Assembly (NCBI GenBank): GCA_002633005.1
Contig: NMRA01000048.1
Coordinates: 62,001 to 126,000 of the forward strand
Origin: Phoronis australis
Taxonomy: Eukaryota > Animalia > Phoronida
Direction: 5' to 3'
DNA length: 64,000 bases
Shown here: positions 23,507 through 36,200 of the stretch, one piece after another
How positions within the stretch are numbered: position 1 is the first letter of the stretch
How the letters are laid out: every line of letters begins with the position of its first letter
The notes under the pieces: generated by a model
The model's database searches: none
What the model was told of the DNA's origin: nothing
Seen by the model: only the letters and a program-made list of their open reading frames with translations
Program-made: the position numbers and the translations under genes

Positions 23507-26500
23507 CTACTGATCCCATTTCCTGTATTCCATTCCGTCCGGTGGTTTGATTTCGGTCTTTGCCTTTCCGATATCTCCCCAGTTGGTGCTAAGTACTGTA
23601 CCACCACTCTCTTGCTGTAAAATTGCAATTTGAAATTTACTTAATCACTAAAATAAAACAGGAAATCAAGCGATGGTAGCACATGAACGTGAATCACAAA
23701 TTTCTTCTGGCTCTGCCAGAATAAATTTCATGACCCTGAAGCATATTTCAACTTGAATTACAAAGAAGGCCTGTGATGCACAGTCAAACTGGTGAACAGC
23801 ATGCTTTGTTCACAATAACCGCTCATTTATAATGTAACATTCCAATAGCACTGTCCACAAGTTGAATAGGTTACAAAGAACTTCAGTGTCAACCAACGTT
23901 ACGGAAAAGTCTAGGGAGGTTCGTTAAAATGCAGTACTGTTCTACTGTATCCATTTTGGCCTTATTTCAGACATCCTTGTTCTCCCACGTAAAGCGTCAA
24001 GAAATACGAATCTTCTTTTGGAACTACTTAATATTATTTAGGATTACTATACATTTAGACAAATATCTAGAAAACCATAGAAATTAACTCTGTAAAAATA
24101 TATATATCAGTTTTCTGAAAGTAGAAAGTCCGTAGACTTTAATTTTTTTTAACTTAATACCAATCTGGGTCACGTGACAATGCGGTTTTTCCAAATTTAG
24201 CAAAAAAGAAAACTGCATCCATACCGAAACACCAGTATCAATATGACCACATTTTGTTTGACATAAATGTTCAAGATGAATACTCTAAAAGGTTGTTACT
24301 AGCTTTCTATAAGACCTTCATTTCACTTTCATTTTTGCAACTTATAAGTTTTTTCATAAAAATCCTTATTTATAACACCACATCATGCAAAGGCGGAAAA
24401 TTTTAAAAGCAATTCGTAGCAGAGTTTGAGAGAACAGTGCATACAATGTCAAAGTTTCTAGTGGATTCCATCAGCCATTTCTGAGAAATGATGTTCCGAA
24501 GTTAGCCCTATTGGGTCATTTTTCTATATAAACTTAAGTTATTCGTGACCTCACAACATTGCGATTGAAGCACAAAAAATTCTATCATCAACGAGAATGT
24601 ATAAAGAGCAGCATTGTTTGCTTGATACAGACACCTGTTGGCAATCAGTAAAACTATGAAAGAACATGGAAATCTTTAAAGTTACAATTCAACATAGGTA
24701 AATTTACTTTATATCAAGAGATCTCAGCAATATTGGAAGATCTTGAGAAAGCTATTTGATTTGGATTACAGGCAAAATGTGAAGAAAAGCTATACCACAT
24801 TGCCTAAGTTATGTTTGGCATACTTACAAAGGACTTGTTCATGGCTTTCTTGACCTCATCACTGCCGTCACGGTAGATCTGTTGGAACAGGTTGTTCAGG
24901 GCAGCCTCACCCTCCAGATTGTCCTTCTCCTCCTGGGTGATGTCCTTGGCCAGCTTGTCCCAGTCACGAGTGTAGTGGCTGGAGGTAGGATACTTGTGGG
25001 GCTCTGTATGAGGGAGATGCAAAGTAATGAGTGACAGAGGATACTTTTGGTTGTGTGTGTAGGTGGTGCAAAGTAATGAGTGACACAGGATACTTTTGGT
25101 TGTGTGTGTAGGTGGTGCAAAGTAATGAGTGACACAGGGTACTTGTGGGACTCTATATGTGGGAGTTACAAAGTAGAGAGTATCCAATTTTAGGTGACAC
25201 CATTACCACTCATGAAGAGTACGATCTTGCACCCATGCATTCAAGTAAATGGAACAAAATGTGTCCAATCATAGACATGGGTAACAGTAAAATGCAAGCT
25301 AATATTGATGTTAATTCCAGATCTTCAAACATGTGTTTGTTCACTGTCAAGGACAAACTTAAATGTGCCAGGAACAAACAACCCCGTTTGCTTAACAGCT
25401 TAACCAACAGGGATACATAATAGGGCAACATCTGCCGGTGTACTAAGCAATCACAGAAATTAACAAAAGGCTAAATAAATAAAGAACAATGCATGTTCGA
25501 AGGTTCAAAAAGAAATTGTCAAAATATTTTCTAAAATCTACATTCTGGTATATTTAGGCCAATTTCTATCCCCTTCACACCTTGGCACATCCTGTTCCTA
25601 GGGTGTAAGCGGAACAGCTTGGATATGTCCGTGACCTCTAGAGCTTTACCAACGGGAGTACAAAAACTCCTGGCAGAGCTACAAATGCCAGGCAGGTCGA
25701 AAGGCAGAGACCAGATGAAATGCACCCCAAGCACTCACTAGGGTCACACTAGGGTTGGGCGTAAATCCAACTCCCTTACCACGTAAAAAACATTGTTCCT
25801 GTCACCTACGAGAAGGGCAACTCTCACATTAAAACCTGGGCAGACTGGGCTCATCAGCCATAGAAGGCTACCAGTCTAGGAGAAAGGCACTCTGAAATAA
25901 AACCATGTGCTGCCACGAAGGCGGTGTATGTTGGCTAATCTAATGACAGCAGGTACACCTTCTGTACCTGTACCACGTACCCTGCAGAAGGGAACCAGAC
26001 ATGCACGCATTTGGCACGTTGTTTGGCCAGTTGCTACAGCTTTCATAGAGTGAGCATTAGTATGTGGTGCACTCATGGTGGTCGAGGACGAGCAGTTTTT
26101 CTGAATTTTTCTATTTTCCACGTTACGTTACGTTACGTTACCTGGCTTGAAATGCTTGATGCTCGTGTCCTCTTCCCCTTCCAAGTTTGTCCAGCGAATG
26201 CCTTCTTTTTTAGCAAGTTTTATTTCAACCTGTGGAGTAAACCACAAATAGTTTGCACACCTTCATAGCAAAGCAAGATGGAGACAGTATTACAAAAGCC
26301 TATACCATGATGAAGTATATAAAAAAATGCCACGACGGTACATAAGCAAGACCCGAGCTCTTTGAGAACATGAACTAACTAGTTTGGACAAAATTGCAGC
26401 TTTTGTAAATCAAAAGAGGTCAGGCAAAAATACATCTTGATGACATCATTTCCAAAGGCTTTGGAGAAAGGCTCCCAAGCCCTTCATCATCACATGAAAC

Positions 26501-29500
26501 AAAAATACAAACAAGCTATTTTCCACAGCATTATACATGTACATGTAGGTATCCGCAATGCTTCAGTTTCTATTAAATGAATTACTCACTTTCTTTAGTT
26601 TCTACTGTAACATCAAACAACAATTTCCCCCATTCCTACAAAGGATTCATTAACCAAGCCAATTACCTTTGTTGACATTATTTTTACTGAGCTCCTATCG
26701 GGCACAGTCTCATGCAGCAAGTCCAGCTCTAAACTGAAGTCGCTGCCACTGGAAAGTTTTACCAAAACACTCAGCTGTAAATATTACAACACAATATTAA
26801 TTCATTCATAAACACAGCCAGACACTAAGATATCCACCTTCAGCAGTGAGACATGTAACATTAATCAAGTTAATTGTATTAACGACTTGTACACATTTAC
26901 ATAACAACATTTTAAAAAGGTCCAGCTCAGCAGTACAGGTCATGAAATATTCTGTTAACTAGATGATGCCGAGATGTCACCATTCCACAGAAATACGACT
27001 TTCAGAAAATACAAACACTCACTGTCAGTTTAGTAGGTACATCACTAAATCCACAGACGTGTCGAAAAAATTACACATAACCTCAATTCAACAAAAAAAA
27101 CAGTTAGTAATGGTAAACTTTTCATCTAACTTACTGGAAAATAATAGCAAATTGTTACTTGAAACTTTATAACTAAATCATTAAAAATAAATATATTCTA
27201 AATTCAAGCACTCTGGCTTAAAGTAATTACCTGGTCTTAGAACCTGACTTACCGTTCTTGGCTGTATATTGACCAATAGGTCTTCCTCTTTCACTTTCTT
27301 CAGAAGCAGAGTGACCACCACGTGTGAGTCAGTCTGATACCAGTCATACCTAATAACACAACGTAAACTTTGTGACACAGTAGCAACACATTGAAACCAG
27401 ACATTTGACTTTACTTGTTGATTCCAGGATCATCTGCCCCTACCAATTTTGAGTCCAAATGACTCGATATATCTTGTAATCTATTAACGCTACATCTTAC
27501 ATTTGAGCATTTATGTACAAAGAGGTCACAAGGTCAAAAAAGACGAGAAGCAATACACTACGGTTCATTTACTACCTGGTCTTGGAAGCAGTTGGCATGG
27601 CAACCACTTCAGGGGCAGCTGTTGAGGTTGGTAACTGAAACAAACAAAAATAATTGCCATGATCAGGTACCAACACGTCACATTTCCAACAAATTTCAAA
27701 TAACTTGCGATGACAGAAACCTACGCCGTAAAGACAGCATCAAGCTGTAAGTCGTAATGAAATTTAAAAGTGCTGTGAACCTGCCTTCTGTCAAAAATTA
27801 CTTATGATTTAAGTCACTTACCATTAAGTCACTTACTTAAGCTTGGAAAGAACAAACTATCCATTACTATTAGTAAAATCTGACCAAAATAGTTCTTCCA
27901 AGAGCCTGATGGTAACCATGGTGCAGAACTTAGATATGGTAAAGGTGGCACATGTTTTGTCAAAACTGATCGAATTTCACTCGTCCAACATGTTTAGACC
28001 TTAATTATAGATTTTAAAGCTTGCTCAAGATCATGCTCAATGAGGCTGTTTTGACCTATCCATTTTATGCAGGAAGCATGGGCTCGGACAGGAGGCAGTG
28101 TGGCCTTCTGGGATAAGTGTTCGCATCCTTAATCCAAGGTCATGGGTTTGAATAACACTGGGGCACGCTGTAGACCCTCGAGTCGGATCTCTAGCTTCTC
28201 AGCTCAGTTTTATCTATATATTTTTAATAAAGCATAAAAATGGTTCCAGGTGATCAGTGCAATGGTCACCTGTGCAGCCTGCGCACATCTCGTACATGTA
28301 CCGGACAGCCGGCAGTTTTTTTCTTTTTGTAATGGGATAGGGCAATAAAGAACTGTTCCTTTTTCCCATTCCCAGAAGTCACCTATTATCGGAGAACGGA
28401 GTAGCTTGCAACCAATGTTACGAAAGAAATCATAAAAGTTTGTTCCTCTGACAAAAGGGCAGACTTACAACACCTTTATGTTATCACTGATGTCCCGAAC
28501 TAGAATGTCTGACGGAGTGAGCTAAGAATATGTGGCTACACCAGGCCTTAGAATGACCAAAGACGAAGAAGAGGAAAATTTTCTTGGTGACGTATCATTC
28601 CACAAACACATTGGCTTGTGTGATAGAAATATTTTTGGTGTTGTAAAATTTAACTAAAATAAATGTTTTTGCATGAATAAAGACAAAAAAGAGATGGAAA
28701 AAGAGGAAACTGGAAATCAAATAAGAGGAAATTGAAATCTAGAAATAGGAAATTCTCTTAAAAGAGGAAAATTCCAAGTCCTGCTACACAACGATAACTT
28801 TTGAAAAATGATGAATAATAACTGCACACCACTAAATATTTTAAAATTCAAATGACTGTTTCGAATGTCTTCAGTTTACCAACCTATCCCATTTTTGTTG
28901 ATACATTTATTTACCCAGAAATCGTATTATTAATGAATATGGCAGCGACACTCCCACCATTCAATTTTAAATTTTCTCATTTAAATTTTCTAGACGTAAC
29001 CCTGAACAGGCCTCATAGCTCACCTTGTTGGCTTCCCTGGTCTTCCTCTCCTCTGCAAGAAAGAAAGCCGACTTTAAGCATAAAGAAAGGCAGAACAGAA
29101 TGCATAAACAATCTGAAAAAAGTCATTCATCATGACTATTCCAATTAAGTCAGAATTTTTTAAGATGACAAATTCAAGCAAGAATTCATACTTTATTCAA
29201 TGAAGAAAACTAGTTACACTACGGAGCTGTAACACTCATAGAGCTGTACATGACAATCACAGGGCTTCAAAACACTCATTAATCAAATGAAACTTCAGTC
29301 TTGATAATCATTTTCTCGCAATACTGAAAACAAAACACTGCATATTTACCAACTACTAAATTAGTGTCATTGTTTCCAATCCATGGAATCTTATCGCGAA
29401 ATGCAAGTGATTTATGTAGTGATACTGAGGAGAAAGGAAATGCGACAAGCATAACCTCTAATTACTAAAATGCCAGGCTGTGAACAATTTATTGAAATCT

Positions 29501-32500
29501 CGGCCTCCGACTCAATAGCATATTGTGCACACACACCTGCCCAAATGAACGCCCACATAAACGCGCAAATGCACATGCTCACAACCTTGAGACACAGGAG
29601 AGTTTTGATGCAGAGTTCGAATTAGGCACAAGTGCAGGAGAAAAATATTCCACGTTTTGCCAACTTTGCTTGCAGACTTTGGAACAAGAAGCACAAACAT
29701 GCATGTCAACTGTTTGTTTTAACCTATGTTTTTAACCAGAGTGTGAAAATCATTGGCCTACATGGTTTTCTTCCAGTTTCAAAAGTTAAATGCAAAAATG
29801 TGCTTGCGACAATGATAAGTGCAAACTTAAAACTTGAACATTTCTCAAACAATGTTGCCATTTTATTATGGCCGGTTCACAGTTAACGTACATGAGTGAC
29901 TTTTGGCCGCACATACCTGTACAAGTTCTGCATGTACTCAGCTTAGTAACAAGAAAAACAAGATTTTACTCTCGCTTACCATGTTCAAGAAATATTAGAC
30001 AGAATGTGTTCTATAAGCTGTAACTGTATACGAAATACTGAAACTGTCAAACTTTAAATTATATACACAACCTCGTTTTCTGTCGTTACTTGTGAGGACC
30101 TTGAACACAATGCTGTTCCAAGCCAAATTTGAACTCTGCAAGTACTTTTTGTTTCATTCCATCCTTGGAACTGAATTCAAGTTGAAAAGCAATGGCATTT
30201 AACAAGCTCTTAATTCTTCACGTTCATACCATAGTCATGGTGGGGCTCCAAAAAATCAGCTCCGGCTTCGTGTACCAACTCAAACATGATTTAGCTTGGT
30301 TTGAAATTGGTAATATTTGGGCCATCTTCAAACAAAGAAACACAATGTTAACTAACCTATCAACTCAGCTTCACATTTTTGTATCCACGACGAAAACAGC
30401 GTCGATGAAGCTGAAAAATAAAATGAACAACATCAAAATTTAATCACAGATGAATTAGGTGCAACGATTAAAATTTCACCAATATATGACGGCCAAGTGA
30501 AATTTTATTTTTTAAATTTTTCATTAGCTTTACGTAAATTGATGATTCTCCTCATTCAAGTTGAGAACCATAGCTACCACAAGGAAACATTTTGAAAAAA
30601 TGTGGACATTCACAATGTTAGAAGACTTTGAAAAAGAAACAAGAAAACTTTGGCAATTATTTTTATCTGAAATTGATAAGATTTCAAGATACATTCAACG
30701 GCAACTTTGAATGAACCAAAACAGCTGGGATCAAAATAGCACAATCCGCAACATGTTCACTTTGAAGACCAGTATAATTTGTTTGTAAACTGAATAACAG
30801 AAGTGACCGTTTGTGATAGCACTGAGGGCAATCTTCACGTAATAGACAGACTTGACTTGTGCATAAAAGTTTGGTTAGAATTTGTACCTCATGGGGCTTA
30901 CAAGGACACAGCAAGGATGGAAAAGTAGCCAGATCACATTAACAATGATTTGAGACTACGTCACACTAATTGTACTGCCAACCATTATGAATTCAAACCA
31001 AATGAATTTCTGCATTAGTAGCAGAAAGATGGCAGTGTTATTGTTACTACTGTGAAGCTGAGCTGCTGTGATTCAGATAAATAAATGCAGTTTAAACCAT
31101 ACTCACAGTTAAATTTGAAAGTAGTTACTAAGAGCCTTTCAATGATGACCTGCAGTCTACAAGGAGTTGCTCAGCCCACTGAACACTGGCTGACACTTCA
31201 CATGACACCTAGTGTCAGCAACCAGAGTGAACAAGATGGCAGGTAATCATTGAAATGCTCTCAGTAACGATCTTCAGTTTTCCCTGTGAGTATGGTTTAA
31301 ACTGCAATGTAATTGTAACTACGGCATAATTGTCTTGATCATGTCGTTGTTCAAATCGGTATAAAATTACTGAAATGGATATCCATATATGTTCAATAAA
31401 CTATGCTGACTATATTTCACTTTACAGTTACACACAAAAGGCTTAAATATCAGGAGCAAACAAAAGAACAAACCGTCCACTTTTTCGCCTTCTTGAAAAG
31501 TAGTCTTAGCATAGTGGTAGGCTTTTAAGTAAAACTGGGCAATTCTGGAAAGTAGAAGTGAGATTTTCAAACACATATTATTTTGATGAGGGTGAAAGTG
31601 AGATTGTCGGTGCGCATCCACCAGGGGTCGCAACTAGTGTGACCATTGGGACAAGTATGTACTCAGTAAGGATAGCTTTTTCCTGATTTATACTCGACAA
31701 AAGAAATAATTAAAGTTCAAAGATAAGGGGGGGTTAAAGTGACAGAAATAAATGGTGACAACGTTGTGTATCAGCCCCTACAGGAATTTGAACCCATGAC
31801 CTCAGTGGGCACAGTCCAGCACTAAAATGCAGTGTGGCAAGTAGCATCAGGTGACCAGCTTTGATTTCATTTAATTCCACCAAATGTAATTTCCAATAAA
31901 ACCACAGAAACAAAATGGATTTAGCAATTTTAAAGCTCCTGTCACACAGGAAGTCCATCGCATCTAACAATAATTCCAACCACGTCTTTTTGGGTCCTAA
32001 AACCGATTGTGAAATTTTAACACATGTAGATTGTTCTGCATCAGACTGGAGCTCACAGGTGGTACTTATGGTGTATTAACCATCCCAAACTTGTTTGTTA
32101 GTTCAAAGCTGCAAATTCTTGGGCTTCCGCAAACACGGACACACAGTCTTTTCAGAAAAAAGCAGCAAATGGCAGCAACTTTAGATAGCTTTTCACAGAT
32201 TCACCAGTTCCTACCATAGCAAACAAAATACAAAACTGTAAAGAGCAAAAATTGTTGAACAAGCTTTGAACGAATAAGTTTTACAAAAAAAAACAAAAAA
32301 CAGTTGCATCATTCAAGACAAGACTAGGCACTAAATTAATAAACATCGAGCATAGATTTCAAAACCGACTGCATTCCAGGATGTTGAAATTCAGGATGAC
32401 TTACCCTTTTCGTAAATAAGCTTTTGTATTTTTGGAGTCCAACTCTATAGCTTTTACTGCATCCGCTAAGGCGTCTGAAAACAATGGAAAGGAAGTATTA

Positions 32501-35069
32501 ACAATTACCTCGGCAATGATGTTTGTACAATACCATGTAGTGAATATAAGACCAGGGCTTTATTACAGGAGCTTTAGAACAACAAGTTCCAAATAACAAC
32601 GTGTCTACATTAAAACAGCTGTGATAAAATGCTGCAATACATGATGAAATTGTTAATGAAGTGGAAAGTTCCGCAAAGCAGTCAATGACACATTTCAAGA
32701 CAAAAACACAGAACTCTGTATACTTCAAAAGACATGGAATTTTATCTAAACTTTGTTTGCTACTTGTTTCACCAGCTGGCACACCCTCTGTGGTTGAACT
32801 TAAAAACTAAATGAGACCCACGCTAATGGGAAGAGTCCAAAAGTAAATTGGAGAACACAGCAGAAAGATTAAAACCAGGGTCTCTCTAGGACTTATCTTA
32901 ATGTTCTGTTCTCATGTCATAATGGAGCACAGAAATATCCAAAACCGTAATCTCTCATGACTGTTCATATTACTATCTTGCAAAATTAGAATCTTGCCTC
33001 AACAAAATGCACACGTCTTAATTATGAACCCAGATGTGTGCGACCAGTTGTTTCTAAGCGCATTTCCGTCACTAACAGGTTTTATTATTACCTCCTAATT
33101 TATTTAAGGTTGACAAAATTGTTCATTGAACAAAAAACGAAGTGTTGTTTTTTCAATTTAGAAGAACTTTCAAAACAATTCAAGATACGTTACTGCATTC
33201 TGAAGTATAGGTATACGATTGGGCATATAGGCAAAAATGTTATGTCACAAGTTCAAACAGGTACACCTCATAAAGATGGTAGTTAACTTACCTCCATATT
33301 TTTCTAATTTGACAAAAGCCTGAGATCTGTTTGAAAAGAAATCACTTTTGCTGGAGTCTTCTGCTATGGCTTGACTGTACAACTGAAAAATGTAAAACAT
33401 ATTAAAAGACACATACGAATGTAAAAGGATATGAGGTAAAACAGACTGGTAATTACCTCAAAATTAATTAAATACTGTACAAAGACATCACTAGTAACCA
33501 CCAGCCCATTGGTGGAACTATGGTGAGAGTCAACTCAATGTCAAGGATACGCAATACATCGCCTGTTGATGTAGGTATGAAGGTGTTGACCCTGTGCTGT
33601 TCAATTGACTTGCTTTGCAATTTAAGAATACTAAAAGATATGCAAGGAAACAGTTACATGCGAATAATAGGTTGGGCTACCAAAACCGTAATTGTCTCCC
33701 TTTCTTTATAGGTCACATGACCAAAGAAGTTGTTGTAACATTGACCACAGGAAAAACATGACTGACAATGGACAACTTTTAACATGTGGCCAAGTAAATT
33801 GCACTGATAACAGGATTGAATAAGTTAAAGCTGCATTTCATCCCATTAAGATGGCTGAAAATGAAAATTGAATAAAGCCTTTTACTCTTCTAAAATTGGT
33901 CACATTCCTTACTGTGTCGGAATTTCATTTCCCTGATCTGTTACAAGAATATTGAAACCATCAGTGATTCATGAGGATGGTTCGGAGTTTATTGGGGTAG
34001 GCTAAGCCTAAAATTGTGAATTTAAAAATGGTGCATATCGCATTGCCTGTGACTTGAGATGGTAGCAGTTATCTATATTTATGGTAAGGAGTATTACTAG
34101 ACAAATTTTATCGCAATAAAGGGCTTAATTCCATTTTTAGCCAACTAAATAGGAGAACAGGCAGCTAAGTCTCGACTTGTTAGGGTCTCTGTTATTAGTA
34201 GTTTTCACTCAAAAGTTATCACCAGCTCCCAGCGATAACTAGTTGACAAGATACCCATAAGGTTCAAGAGGGGGCAACGTTGATGAACCAACTACACCTT
34301 ACGTACTGTCCGCACTGCAAGTTATCTCAGAACAAGTTGCCACTAGGTTTAGACTTAAGTAATAGTGCAGTTGTCAAAGAATCTTGCTTTATGCGACAGA
34401 AAATGCGGAAATAGCAACAAGACATTCCGGCGTGTCACCTAATGGTGATCAAATGTCCATTATATACAGGAGGAGCACAAGAACAATGGACGTTGCCACC
34501 ATTCTGCTATTTTTTTTTTCACTCGACGAACTTTTTATGCCATATCAGAAACCTCAGAATTCATTTTGGTGGCGCCCAAGAGTTTCAGTTTTGGAGACCT
34601 CAGATTTTCAATGTGACTTGGCCTTTAGTTTAGTGTCAAGTGTTGAAGTTGCAAAGTGGAATACCTGCTGACTGCTGCACACAGCCACAAGGTTAGGATG
34701 ACGCCCCATATTTGTCACATGGTGTAGGCCGGGTGTGTAGTTTGGGCACTCGGATGAACATGGAAAAGGTTCTCTTTGTTTTGGGGTGACTCGTAGTGGA
34801 CACGACTTAAGACAAACACAAGTCACAAGACTTAAGTCACAAGCTGACAAGTTCACAACTCAAGTCCCAAGAACAGAACTCAACTACTCAAGTCAAGGTT
34901 TGGTTTGCCTCGTTTCCGACTTACTTCCACTGCCTTTTCATATTCTTCGGCCACAAAAGCTTCGTTGCCTTTACTGAAAGATAAAGTATAGATAATTACA
35001 CTTCAGGTTAAATACCAGCATATAGGGGAATTCCAAGGAAACAAACGCTCACTACCTGTACAACTCCAT
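23507..35069 (-). CDS. SUGT1: SGT1/SUGT1 HSP90 co-chaperone (TPR-CS-SGS), 13 coding exons, 337 aa. Exons: 35056-35069, 34925-34973, 33292-33382, 32405-32474, 31474-31544, 30357-30410, 29024-29052, 27576-27634, 27253-27349, 26667-26774, 26142-26229, 24828-25003, 23507-23614
   Basis: All junctions are GT-AG and in phase (1014 nt total). TPR region: [27 protein letters not shown]...[39 protein letters not shown] domain: [18 protein letters not shown]...[24 protein letters not shown] domain: DWDKL...[41 protein letters not shown]...[12 protein letters not shown]. Confidence 0.96.
24988..25186. repeat. Minisatellite (49-51 bp x 4) overlapping the SUGT1 intron 11/exon 12 junction
   Basis: Units start GGATACTT(G/T)TGG at about 24988, 25039, 25088 and 25138, and the first three share TGCAAAGTAATGAGTGACA. 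Unit 1 contains the real splice acceptor. Confidence 0.88.
25573..25790 (+). mobile_element. RTE-type non-LTR retrotransposon 5'-UTR remnant with an HDV-like ribozyme fold (probably inactive)
   Basis: Nested pairings are visible: CTTCACAC/GTGTAAG, CTTGG..CAT/ATG..CCAAG, CCT/AGG and GTTCC/GGAAC. The middle segment GACCTCTAGAGC...CTCCTGGCAGAGC...GCCAGGCAGGTC...CCAGATGAA and the tail GGGTTGGGCGTA...CCTTACCACGTAAAAA resemble RTE-clade 5' UTRs (from memory, not searched). No RT ORF follows. Confidence 0.55.
26122..26141 (-). repeat. (GTAAC)4 microsatellite at the SUGT1 intron 11 donor
   Basis: The minus strand reads CCAG|GTAACGTAACGTAACGTAACGTGG. Confidence 0.9.
28095..28320 (+). mobile_element. 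tRNA-derived SINE-like head plus a dispersed repeat
   Basis: A-box-like TGGCCTTCTGG and B-box-like GGTTTGAAT. The segment TTAATAAAGCAT..AAATGGTTCCA..TGCGCAC recurs at about 42452-42550. A similar tRNA-like head lies on the minus strand near 31770-31840. Confidence 0.4.
31086..31306. mobile_element. MITE with perfect 23-bp terminal inverted repeats in SUGT1 intron 5
   Basis: TGCAGTTTAAACCATACTCACAG (31086-31108) and its exact reverse complement (31284-31306). There is an internal hairpin GCTGACACT...AGTGTCAGC. Confidence 0.8.
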
Positions 35070-35439
35070 GTTTTCTGGATTCTTCTGCTTGGTTTCATAT
35101 TAATTTCTGGAACGGATCTTTATTTAAAATAAATCTGTACTAATACAAAAAATTCAATAAAAATATTCATTTTAAATATCTATAATTTGTGAATGTGTTT
35201 AATTAAACTTAAGTATTGTAAAGATATGGTAAAATTTTGTCTTTTTCTTGTACTTTTAACAGCTTCTGAATTATTGACTCAATAGCTTTGAGACCCTGTA
35301 GATGTCGCTTTGCAATATTTAAGTTCCGGTATGTTTTCTTTTTTGTGTTTTAAATTTTGAGAATTGTCAAGATAGTAACTGAGTGTGTTCTGAGTATGTT
35401 AGAGTTTCAATAACGCATTGGAACGCACACATTCCTATT

Positions 35440-36200
35440 CAAAATATGTACGCGGGCTTACCTGCTGCTTTTAGATAATTGGATTTTTGACGGATGCCGA
35501 CCTGTTACTGTTAGTGTTGGTCACCCGTGGCTTTTCACCCGGGCCAGGCTCCAATCTACTGATCTAGCCAGCCAGCTAGGTGTATGAAGACTGTCGTCAA
35601 CATACAGCTAGGTACCACTGTGTTTTTTTCTTCCGTAGACTCCGATATTGCACACAGCCAGGGTAGTTCTGCTCGTCACCTCGCCGTGAAACTTGTATCA
35701 ACATGTAAAGCTAAAGTAAAGACTGGACGGGGTGCGTGTAAAATCTGGGAATCAACCGACACTCACCTTGCCTGTTACAGCCGTTTAAGTGAAAAACAAT
35801 GCAATAAACATCATTTTCTTGCGTAACTCTCCGCCTTTTCTAACAATGAAAAGTATGTCGTCGTTTTGAAAACTGTATGCTCTCGTGTCACGCGCACGCA
35901 CCATTTCCTAAATTTTTGTGAGATCTCTTCGCAGATGATGATAGCTTGGCAGCAGTAAAATTTCTTCTGAAGTTCGGTTTTTCGGTATCAAAATTCTAAA
36001 AACCTAATAATGAAGTGAAACCAGTTCCGATAATTTGTTGTGACGTGTACACAACGGTTGCGTCGCAACCTCGTGAAAGAACAATGAGCTGATTGAAGAA
36101 TCGGCGAAAAAAGAAACTGGCCAATATTTCTTGGCACCAGAAGCTGTCACTAAAGATCGCTCCACAACTTAAGCAGCAGAATAGCGGTAGAACACCATTT
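35440..36200. promoter_or_regulatory. Probable bidirectional promoter region for SUGT1 and nocturnin
   Basis: Visibly CpG-richer stretch between the divergent start codons (35069 and 37420). It has a strong minus-strand donor AAG|GTGAGT at 35766 (candidate SUGT1 5'-UTR exon), a CRE-like GTGACGTG at 36040 and a CCAAT at 36121. Transcription starts are inferred only. Confidence 0.5.

Noticed and set aside
24804-25187. 127-aa ORF as a standalone gene
   Set aside because: It is SUGT1 exon 12 read through from the intronic minisatellite.
28095-28170. tRNA gene
   Set aside because: Only degenerate A/B boxes are present, with no complete cloverleaf, so I treated it as a SINE head.
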